Notes: generated from the sequence alone by a model not told the origin. A DNA stretch of 33,815 bases from Clostridia bacterium (GCA_045588795.1 JAZNEY010000031.1:1-33815), one strand, 5' to 3'. Shown: positions 26,701-33,815, counted from the first letter of the stretch. Program-made: numbers and translations.

Positions 26701-29700
26701 AGAAGTACGAATTGATATCCCTCAGGAATCAAAAATCCAAAAGAAGAGGGGGCGAAAGCCGAAGCAAGTAGAAGTTGAAGAAGTAAAAGCGGAAGAAGTA
26801 AAAGCGGATATCCCAAAAGAGCCAATCGCTCCAAAGAAAAGGGGAAGAAAGCCGAAACAGCAAGCCGAAGTGGTGGGGCAAACTCAACTTGATAATATAG
26901 CACAAACTCAAAACAAACATCAAAATATAAGAAACGAGTATGTTTCATTTGCTAGGGATATTTTTATTGAAAGGCTTACAGAGATGTATAAATACAATAT
27001 TCCATTGAAAGCATTAAGCAAAGCAATTAAAGGCGAACAAGAATTGATTGATTATTGTCAAGGTTTTGCAATTGTTGAGTCTTGGCAGATAAAAGAACTA
27101 TTAAACAGAGCAGAACTTGAAGTTTTGGAACTTTTGGCAAGTGTTAAAAAGGCAGAGCTGTCTAGAAAAGAAGATGCAAAAGATGGTCAAGAAAAATATT
27201 TTTGTGAATTGCACAAATATTTAACCAGCGGAAGTTGTATGCCAAGGATAAATGTTGCAGAACAATTAAAGATTATATCTATTTTAGAAAACGACCTAAA
27301 TTGTATATATGATTTTTCAAGATATAAGGGATTTCTATTATCTGGCAAAACAATTGCTGGGTATGCCAAAGAGTTGGGGCTTACCGCGACACCAATGCAA
27401 AGAAGTATAGTTCTTTCTGGAGAGTTTATCGAGAAAGAGGCTTTGATGGCACAGCAATTGTTTGAAACAAAAACGCTCGGAAAAGAAAATGGTTTAAATT
27501 GTGCAAAACTCAGCGAAAGTGATATTTCAAGATATTTGGCTCTATATGAAAAAATATATATGGGAAAACCTGCAAAAGATTTTATGTGGGAAGAAAAGAT
27601 GAGCCTATACTCAAAACTTTTATCAGTTATGGAGTCCCAAGATTTTGAGTGTTGCATTGAATATATTCAAAACAAGAAAACCATTTCTCAAATAGCAGGC
27701 AAGCACACCCAAAGTGTTTTGGACATTAAGAAAAAAATATTAAATGAAATGGAAGTCCTAGATAAAAAGATTGAGGAAATCAAGGCGATAAAACAAGGCT
27801 CTTTGAAAGAACTGTCAGGTGTAAAAAATAAGTATATGCAAGAATTGTATGGCTACTTATTTGAGGGTGGTGAAGAACCGATTGCTCCGCCATCTGATGA
27901 AAAAATAATGAAAATGCTAGAACCTGTTTTGGAGTTTGATAGTAATTTCAAGTTTTTAATTGCTGTTAATGCGTTGCGTGAGGCAGGGCTCGTAGCCGAA
28001 GAAAGAATTGAGAGACTCTCAAAAGAATACGGGTTGACATATTCAAGTGCAATGAATAAATCTTCTAGGGTTAAAAGAATATATGATGAATTTTTATCAA
28101 ATGTAGAGTTTGTTCATAATGCAATCAAGTCCGGACAGAACACTGTTGAAGAACTTGCAAACTCGCTTGATGAAACACCTGAAAGAATTGAGAAGTTTGC
28201 AAAGGTTTATGAATACATCTATAATGGTGGCGAACTTGTTGAACTTGAATCAATGACAAGAAATAAAAGAAAGGGCAGACATAAAGACAGTGATTCGCTT
28301 ATTGCTGAGGCCGGCGAAATTGAAAACAATAAACAACAAAAGCCTAAAGATGAGGGGGATAAGGGTATGGTTGTTGATAAAAAAGTTGTGTTAACGAAGA
28401 TTGCAAAATTGTTCCCGTATGATCTTGGAATAGAAGCTTTAAAGGCAGAGGTGGTTGATGGAATTCCTTATGCCACAACATTGGCAAAATACGGGTACAG
28501 CGGAAACTGCGAAGAGTCGATTAAAGAAAAATCTGTACAAAAAGTTAAAGGCTTTCTTGATAAAGTTATGACCATTGGGAAAAGAGAGGGTAATCCGAAA
28601 GGTTATGGCGAGCGTGCCAAGAAGTATGGCGAAAAGGAAAGAATGGTATCGTTCTATGATAAGACATTCAAATACTTGTTTGGGCAAAATGAAGAAATCG
28701 GCTTTGATAATGAACTTGAAGAGATAAGATTAATTACTTTACTTTACGATTCAATACATATCCTACGAACATTCTACGCGACATATTTGTATCGAACGGA
28801 GAGTTTGACCTGTGCAGAGGTCGGTAGAATCACAAATACGCTTGATGCATCAGTATTGACTGAGATTAGCAAAAACAGAAAGATATTGACAGAGGTGGTT
28901 GAGCAGGCTGTTTCTACCAAAAAGCAAGTTATGGAAAATAGCGACTTGCTTTCAGTTGCAGAGGCTAATGATTGCACTGTATGGGAAATCAATGAAAGAC
29001 TTGCGTTTTATGACAAAGTTTTCTTTGGTGAAACCGAAATTTCAACAAAAGAGCAAAACAAAGAATTGCTCACCAAGATTGGGAATGTTTTAACTGATGA
29101 CCAAAGAAAAATTATTGTTCAGTCGCTTGTTGAGGGCAGGGATATCAGAAGCCTATCACAAGAATATGATTTACAAGAAAGGGCAATTCGTGCAAGAATA
29201 AAAAATGCGTTAATAAAGTTAAATGCAGAGCGTGATATGTCAATTAGGTGCAAAAGACTTGCTAGCGATAATGCCAAGAGAATTGCATTCGCAACTCAAA
29301 ACGGTTTATCGCAGAAGAAGTTTGATTATTATTTATACCTTTACAATTACTTGTTTGAGGGAGGAAAGAAGCCAATAGACACACTCCTTGCAACTGAAAA
29401 AGATAAATTCAGGGCATTAAAACCATATTTTAAAAACAACGAAAACTTTATGCTTGTTTACAAAAATGTGGTTGATGGCGTTACAATTAATGATTTGGTT
29501 TCAGAATATGACAGAGGTGAAATGTGGTACACAAAAAAGAAACGAATTGTTGTGCCAGAAGTTGAACAAGTTTGTGAAATGGCTGAAAAATGTTATGAAT
29601 TGGCATATCTTAAAGGTCTTGGGGCTGATGAGGTCGCAAAAGAACTTGGCATATCTCCAAAGCAGGTTGAGTTGAATATGCTGATATTCATAGCAGTGCA

Positions 29701-30424
29701 TATTACTAAGAAAGAAGTTGCTATTTCAGAAGAAGATATTTCACAGATTATTCCGGGCAAAGTGTCTGTTATGACAAAAAGAGGCAGAAAACCAAAATCT
29801 ATTGAGGAAAAGTCTGAAAAAATATCAACTCCAAAGCAGGTTTCACAACCATCTAGAACTATTCAAAAAGTAAAATCAAACGACAGAGAATCGTGCAGGG
29901 AAAGATTGAAGAAGTTTATGCTTCAGCGAACAAAGAAAATGACAAATATCCGAAATTACTTTATGGGTGAAGATATTGATAGCATTGCAAAGAAAATGGC
30001 GCTAAATAAATACGCAAGCATTGACCATATATTAAGAACTTGTCAACAATGCGCAACTGAGTCAAGAATGAGGGGCGTGGCGGAAGTGCCAACCGCATAT
30101 GAAATTTTCTACTCAATTGTTCCGTTTGATGAAAATCTATACCAAGAACCATTACAGGAACAACTTGTTGTTATGAAAGTTCTTCCTTGGGGTGCACTTA
30201 CAAAGTTGTTGCGAGCGGTAGAGACTACAATTAAAAAACTTCCACAAGATAAAATTCAATATTTAAAGGATAAATATTGCAGTGTTAATGACAAGGGTGT
30301 TTCCGAATGGGATTTTGCTGAAATGTTAAATGGAGAAGACGAGTTTGTTGTTGGATTATATCCAGAAATACAAAAAGAGTTCACTGCAATCCTTGATAGA
30401 GCGAGGCAAACCTGGCAACAATAA
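23798..30424 (+). CDS. 2208-aa protein: N-terminal sigma-70 (SigE/SigK-like) domain, about 11-12 divergent HTH-containing repeats and AT-hook-like motifs
   Basis: Region 1.2-like LSAEELNALIKRAQADDQYA; region 2 EDFESYIYEGFVKAVNTFDETKGVKFITFAVTCVKNQV; region 3-like VISIDANQGSPKGDGEGRALAEVIAD; region 4-like LKVLGDKYKISRAAVGDYIMKERRRL; recurring Y..LY.YLF.GG..P motif; four KRGRKPK. Confidence 0.85.
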   Translation: MRVEDEFLEDDLDEVVEDAGASLEESDIDFNEEEYRKHIYSISAKKRGKDLSAEELNALIKRAQADDQYAWEIIFKLHEPFITYMKGKTKPLIFGTVTEEDFESYIYEGFVKAVNTFDETKGVKFITFAVTCVKNQVGRLSLRNSRRYYQEDVLVHAEMSPERVISIDANQGSPKGDGEGRALAEVIADTEDEVDNATEQNIEFAKKIRPLIRGKMAKEYFEAIASGQKIALKVLGDKYKISRAAVGDYIMKERRRLQKLVEASNFVHTALKEGRSYSEIAGSLKTTVDKVKYYHKIYNYLYRGAPLPIAYEGVDFQDKWFLARYLPFAESELSRKYFEACVENEYMTVYKYSAEIDSSIDKKKALRSIEAEKLGMRAFIKKIISAKDYSMRKVHDQSIVGVFGSTSMYRYYLECYDYFFESEDESEIAERGRILYLAGERLKGETDKAKREKKEKPQVVQEPETYNGKFFISLQKFRPCCADSRVYAYFPLLYKNLTEGVSLADLARKFPSLKTNMLSQTKTILIQQVRETTKNIEDIELMLDLNKGKIEELAIGLQLPVPEVIEKTVIEWGKERGLSKEEAVAYITLKDYFKSGAELPKFFKEREQTMREKIKGTWVEQIESVMEAESFAGNNEGSQSVELQEDMQNNPKELLQKTEDTPKVKKKQTRKETTLQKQASENVVIIEEQQPKEEKTIAEKQVEEPEQESKTEIQAEASKEDNKRAKSGGRSKGKRNNVSTKTDELRSLIELVLPFFEGKTSRASLFNNYVYQYYIKGLNYEQISDLNAVTTSTASQLVASGVANIQVNNLIAICCHRAENNRVETQKLCDELGITELEFNGYCRLYEFLYQGEAKPQIKSLVLLDQRAKKRNGLINLYGEDVLSCLKDEVRIALEKKSGANFGPVMEVHSEAHIETDHIEVGGDKTTTVKERAETPKIIVEENAKIENAPKKRGRKPKQAVEESVPSEEVRIDIPQESKIQKKRGRKPKQVEVEEVKAEEVKADIPKEPIAPKKRGRKPKQQAEVVGQTQLDNIAQTQNKHQNIRNEYVSFARDIFIERLTEMYKYNIPLKALSKAIKGEQELIDYCQGFAIVESWQIKELLNRAELEVLELLASVKKAELSRKEDAKDGQEKYFCELHKYLTSGSCMPRINVAEQLKIISILENDLNCIYDFSRYKGFLLSGKTIAGYAKELGLTATPMQRSIVLSGEFIEKEALMAQQLFETKTLGKENGLNCAKLSESDISRYLALYEKIYMGKPAKDFMWEEKMSLYSKLLSVMESQDFECCIEYIQNKKTISQIAGKHTQSVLDIKKKILNEMEVLDKKIEEIKAIKQGSLKELSGVKNKYMQELYGYLFEGGEEPIAPPSDEKIMKMLEPVLEFDSNFKFLIAVNALREAGLVAEERIERLSKEYGLTYSSAMNKSSRVKRIYDEFLSNVEFVHNAIKSGQNTVEELANSLDETPERIEKFAKVYEYIYNGGELVELESMTRNKRKGRHKDSDSLIAEAGEIENNKQQKPKDEGDKGMVVDKKVVLTKIAKLFPYDLGIEALKAEVVDGIPYATTLAKYGYSGNCEESIKEKSVQKVKGFLDKVMTIGKREGNPKGYGERAKKYGEKERMVSFYDKTFKYLFGQNEEIGFDNELEEIRLITLLYDSIHILRTFYATYLYRTESLTCAEVGRITNTLDASVLTEISKNRKILTEVVEQAVSTKKQVMENSDLLSVAEANDCTVWEINERLAFYDKVFFGETEISTKEQNKELLTKIGNVLTDDQRKIIVQSLVEGRDIRSLSQEYDLQERAIRARIKNALIKLNAERDMSIRCKRLASDNAKRIAFATQNGLSQKKFDYYLYLYNYLFEGGKKPIDTLLATEKDKFRALKPYFKNNENFMLVYKNVVDGVTINDLVSEYDRGEMWYTKKKRIVVPEVEQVCEMAEKCYELAYLKGLGADEVAKELGISPKQVELNMLIFIAVHITKKEVAISEEDISQIIPGKVSVMTKRGRKPKSIEEKSEKISTPKQVSQPSRTIQKVKSNDRESCRERLKKFMLQRTKKMTNIRNYFMGEDIDSIAKKMALNKYASIDHILRTCQQCATESRMRGVAEVPTAYEIFYSIVPFDENLYQEPLQEQLVVMKVLPWGALTKLLRAVETTIKKLPQDKIQYLKDKYCSVNDKGVSEWDFAEMLNGEDEFVVGLYPEIQKEFTAILDRARQTWQQ
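26645..26863 (+). repeat. Intragenic tandem repeat with a 93-nt/31-aa period carrying KKRGRKPKQ three times
   Basis: KKRGRKPK codons start at 26648, 26741 and 26834. Confidence 0.9.
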
Positions 30425-30454
30425 AAACGAATACCTAAGTGGTATTCGTTTTTT
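30423..30454 (+). terminator. Intrinsic terminator after the giant gene
   Basis: AAAAACGAATACC-taagt-GGTATTCGTTTTTT. Confidence 0.85.
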
Positions 30455-30536
30455 CTCTCCAAATATCAATAATAACTATAATATCATTATGAAAAACAAC
30501 TGATTAGTGATATAATAAGCATAAAAGGAGATTATT

Positions 30537-30953
30537 ATGAAGTTAACTAAATCAGATTTTGAATTAATTGAAATAGCAACACAGATTTTAAAAGAGAATG
30601 TGGATTTGCGTAAAGATGACTCGGGTCCGGTAGTTTGCGTTATCAGGGCAAAGTCGGGTAAATTATACAAAGGAATAAATATAAAAACATCTCACTCGGT
30701 TTGTGCAGAGCAAGTTGCACTCGGGCAGGCGCTTGTGTGTGGAGAAAGGGAATTTGACACAAGTGTTGTTGTAAAGTTTGATGAAAATATGAAACCAAGA
30801 GTTATCTCTCCGTGTGGGCTTTGTAGATACATCTACAACAACTTAAACCTTGATATGAATGTAATAGTTGAAGATGTGTACAAAAATTCAATTCTCAAAG
30901 TGAAGTCAAAAGACTTGCTCCCATATCCATATAAAAGGATAGATGATGTTTAA
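30537..30953 (+). CDS. Cytidine deaminase family protein (tetrameric CDA / blasticidin-S deaminase type)
   Basis: SVCAEQVAL and ISPCGLCR three-Cys zinc motifs; C-terminal DLLPYPY; AAGGAG RBS. Confidence 0.9.
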   Translation: MKLTKSDFELIEIATQILKENVDLRKDDSGPVVCVIRAKSGKLYKGINIKTSHSVCAEQVALGQALVCGEREFDTSVVVKFDENMKPRVISPCGLCRYIYNNLNLDMNVIVEDVYKNSILKVKSKDLLPYPYKRIDDV

Positions 30954-30970
30954 AAAACAATTTTAATTAT

Positions 30971-31007
30971 AAGGCGTTTCACTTCTGGTGTTACGCCTTT
31001 TTCTTTT
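30971..31007 (+). terminator. Probable terminator after the deaminase
   Basis: AAGGCGTTTCAC...GTGTTACGCCTT imperfect stem followed by a T-run. Confidence 0.6.
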
Positions 31008-31326
31008 GAGAAAAGGTGGTGAGACTCTCTCTTTATAGAAGATAAAAACATATAAAACACCGCTTAAATTTACGGGTTATGAAAGAAAGGTGAAAAATAA
31101 AAATACACAAAAAACCAACGAAACGCCAAAACTACTTGTGGGTTTTAGGCTTAAAATTGGGCTTTAATCGCCACAAAGGCTTTGATTGATAAAACTCTAA
31201 GAGCCACAAACAGGCCTTAAAAACACCCAAGTGTAATAAGTCGAAATTTTCAAAATTGGACAAAAGGAGTTTGCGTTTTCAGTTGTCAAGTTTGTGTGCT
31301 AGTTTACTGAAACTCGCGAGTAAGCA

Positions 31327-31355
31327 TTGACAAAATGTAACGAATATTATAAAAT
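31327..31355 (+). promoter_or_regulatory. Sigma-A-type promoter for the mTERF-like genes
   Basis: TTGACA-17 nt-TAAAAT. Confidence 0.65.
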
Positions 31356-31382
31356 AAAAATACTTTATTTATGGAGAATGGT

Positions 31383-33608
31383 ATGACAAATCAATTTGCA
31401 GAAGTGTACGGTATAACAGAAGATGATGTGAGGGAGCTAGCAAAACAACTACCTAGTGGGGTAACAATTGAAACTGTTTTACGAAATATAAAAATTTTAA
31501 AAATAAGATACGGGCTAACCAATGACTCTATTCAAAAACTTGTTCAATACAGACTTGATTTAATTGCTTCAAATGATATATTGGACAGGCTTACGATTGC
31601 ACAATCGAAATATCGTATTTCAGATGATAGAATGGCGGAGATGTTTAATTCTTGGAGAGTTAGGTTTTTTGATTTGGATTTTGACTATCTTACAAAAATT
31701 CAAAATGAGGTTAGACTTACCCAAAATGAAATATCAAGTGTAATAACTCATTCAAAAATGTGTTTTCAAAAAACTGATGTGAATATAATAAAGAAGAATC
31801 TTGAAATTTTAGAGACAGCGGGATTAACCAGAAGAAATTTACGCCGAGGCATCTCTATGCTTTCATCAAACCCTAAAAGAACAGTAGATATGATTATGAT
31901 TGCTATGATGCAAGGCTATGATGTAAATGCGTTTGTGTTGTCAAATTATCAAAGAGTCAAGGCTGATGTTGCTTATTCAAGATTTATGGCGGAAAGAGAG
32001 GGGGTAGTTCCAAAGGGGTTGGTTTATTCTGCTGATTTAGATTTTGCTAAATACTCAAAAGGATTAACAGAAGATGCACTCATTGTTAGGTATTGCTATG
32101 ATTATAAATCTCGTATTCTTTTAGAAAGGGAATTCTTGGAAAAATTTGAAGTTGCTCCAAAACTTATCGGGTTGGTCGCTCAAGGTTTTATTGATTTTTC
32201 AAATCAAGACAAAATTGATAAAGGTTACCAAAGTCCAGAGAATGCTATGGCAAATCGAAAGATTTTGATGGAAAACACTGGTTTGTTAGATTTTGAAGTT
32301 GATTCGCTTATAGAAAGATGTCCAGAACTTGAAACTTTTGATTCAAAACTTTTAGAGCACAACCTTTCAGTCTTGAGGTTTTCAGTCGGTAGGTTGAATT
32401 TGATAAAATGTTTAAATGCATTTCCAAAAATATTTACAACAGAACGCAACGAAATAATGATGACTTTTAAAACCTTGCACGAGAAATTTGGAATAACTAA
32501 GTCGGAATATTCTTATATGATTTTGAACAATCCTGCACTTCCAACCAGAGATATATCACCCCTTGATGATTTCTCTAAGTTCTATATCGAAAACTATGGT
32601 GCAAGCAATGAGCAGGTTAAGAATTTTATTATCGCAAATAGTTATGTCTGTTTAGATGAAAAACTTTACAAAGAAAGGATTGCAGTGCTGAATGCCTTTG
32701 GAGCAACACCAACTATACTTGATGGCTTTGAGAGTCCGGCAAGAGGTGCCACAGATTCACTAATACTAAAAATGAAATTGGCTTTAATTAATGGCTTATC
32801 TATCTCTGAATTTGTTGATGGAAGGTATAAGCAATCTGCACACAAGACATATGCAAGAATGAGAGGCTATTATGCTGGAGGGGTGGCGTTTGAATCAATT
32901 TATCCAAAGAAAGGAAAGAATCTCAATAATCACATAATAGATGAAAATGATAAAAACTTGATGAGGCACTATCCGCTGAATGAAAGTGCGGTTGAAAACA
33001 TCAACAAGGTATTTGCTAGAAGATTTCCTCAGATACAAGAAAAATTGGATTTGCTAGGCAAACAAAAAGAAGAGGAAAAGGAAGAGGTTTCATCAAACCG
33101 AAGTGCTATTGAAGCTCTTAGAAGAAGATTTAAACGCATATGTGCAATAACAGAAGAACAGGCAGATGAGTTGTTGTCAAAGGTTGGGCCACTTGATGGT
33201 GGGTTGTTTACAAAAGTGGTGTTGAACATTTACAATCTTAAGAAAATGGGGTTCCTAATTGAGGATATTATTGAAATGCCAAGAATATTGAAATGTGACC
33301 CTGAAAGTATTAAGATAAAACTGGCAATTGCAAATATGGCTGGCCTTTCCGGCAATCAATTCATTAAAAGGAATTATAGATATTCGGCAGAAACAACATA
33401 TGCAAAAATTATGGAGGCAAAAGAGCAGGGTGTTGTGCCTCATAAATTGTATGATGCCAACAATGATTATTTGAAATCACTTAAGAGGCGTACCGGAATT
33501 GAGACTAGTATAGATGAATTGAAAAAGAAACACCCGCTTGATGAAGAAACAATGCATGAATTTCTTGCAATGTATGATGAATCGGCAGAGGAGAACAAAA
33601 GTGAATAA
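31383..33608 (+). CDS. Helical-repeat protein with mTERF-like repeats and three larger internal modules
   Basis: LIERCPEL / LNAFPKIF / ILNNPAL with Pro spacing of 34 and 36 aa and an L...G-hydrophobic pattern; IIEMPRIL later. The ATG at 31383 has a GGAG RBS; the track start is 31371. The ORF is solid; the family call is by eye. Confidence 0.7.
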   Translation: MTNQFAEVYGITEDDVRELAKQLPSGVTIETVLRNIKILKIRYGLTNDSIQKLVQYRLDLIASNDILDRLTIAQSKYRISDDRMAEMFNSWRVRFFDLDFDYLTKIQNEVRLTQNEISSVITHSKMCFQKTDVNIIKKNLEILETAGLTRRNLRRGISMLSSNPKRTVDMIMIAMMQGYDVNAFVLSNYQRVKADVAYSRFMAEREGVVPKGLVYSADLDFAKYSKGLTEDALIVRYCYDYKSRILLEREFLEKFEVAPKLIGLVAQGFIDFSNQDKIDKGYQSPENAMANRKILMENTGLLDFEVDSLIERCPELETFDSKLLEHNLSVLRFSVGRLNLIKCLNAFPKIFTTERNEIMMTFKTLHEKFGITKSEYSYMILNNPALPTRDISPLDDFSKFYIENYGASNEQVKNFIIANSYVCLDEKLYKERIAVLNAFGATPTILDGFESPARGATDSLILKMKLALINGLSISEFVDGRYKQSAHKTYARMRGYYAGGVAFESIYPKKGKNLNNHIIDENDKNLMRHYPLNESAVENINKVFARRFPQIQEKLDLLGKQKEEEKEEVSSNRSAIEALRRRFKRICAITEEQADELLSKVGPLDGGLFTKVVLNIYNLKKMGFLIEDIIEMPRILKCDPESIKIKLAIANMAGLSGNQFIKRNYRYSAETTYAKIMEAKEQGVVPHKLYDANNDYLKSLKRRTGIETSIDELKKKHPLDEETMHEFLAMYDESAEENKSE

Positions 33609-33815
33609 TGAGGTTATTCTGTTTTTGAAAGAGTGCGGTGTGCGTGCAGGGACGATAGACGAACTTTTTGCATCAACTCCGCAGATGTTTATTGGAAACA
33701 ATAAAAGTATTGTTGATAATATAAAGATTGTAATAGATTATGGGTTTCCAGCGTCAGATATATCCGAGCTATTACTATCTAATCCCAATTTTGTTTTTAA
33801 TAGCAAACAAGATTT
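33601..33815 (+). CDS. Second mTERF-like repeat protein, 3'-truncated by the window edge (not in ORF track)
   Basis: GAGGAG RBS 7 nt before GTG 33601, overlapping the upstream stop. Open to the end: MNNEVILFLKECGVRAGTIDELFASTPQMFIGNNKSIVDNIKIVIDYGFPASDISELLLSNPNFVFNSKQD; G13/G48 and P27/P62 give a 35-aa period. Confidence 0.75.
   Translation, partial: MNNEVILFLKECGVRAGTIDELFASTPQMFIGNNKSIVDNIKIVIDYGFPASDISELLLSNPNFVFNSKQD

Noticed and set aside
26645-26863. CRISPR-like or non-coding repeat array
   Set aside because: Repeats are in frame, vary at synonymous positions and are protein-level; no cas genes or identical repeats in the window.
31090-31167. 25-aa GTG-start ORF MKNKNTQKTNETPKLLVGFRLKIGL
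   Set aside because: No properly spaced SD or clear promoter; cannot be told apart from chance.
33477-33701. 74-aa minus-strand ORF from the track
   Set aside because: Antisense to the two overlapping plus-strand mTERF-like genes.

Overview
Low-GC Bacillota/Clostridia-like chromosomal window (standard code; sigma-A-type TTGACA/TATAAT promoters; many intrinsic terminators). It holds about 25 mostly monocistronic genes and a tRNA-Arg(ACG). Recognisable genes: a P-type (P2A-like) cation ATPase, a lipoprotein, an enoate-reductase-type Fe-S flavoenzyme, an ABC exporter behind a leader-peptide attenuator, a MacB-like ABC fusion, a PlsC-like acyltransferase, a YnbB/Alum_res PLP enzyme, two SLOG/DUF1273 genes (one split by a -1 frameshift), a YgjV-like membrane protein, PMM/PGM, two Xre regulators, an alpha/beta hydrolase, a transglutaminase-like protein and a cytidine deaminase. 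The most unusual part is the right-hand 10 kb. It encodes a 2208-aa protein with an N-terminal sporulation-type (SigE/SigK-like) sigma-70 domain, about 11-12 divergent HTH-containing repeats and four AT-hook-like KRGRKPK motifs. Downstream are two overlapping genes whose products have mTERF-like 34-36-aa helical repeats; the second is truncated by the window edge and missing from the ORF track. All family calls are by eye from motifs; no database searches were run. No CRISPR array, integrase or transposase was seen.
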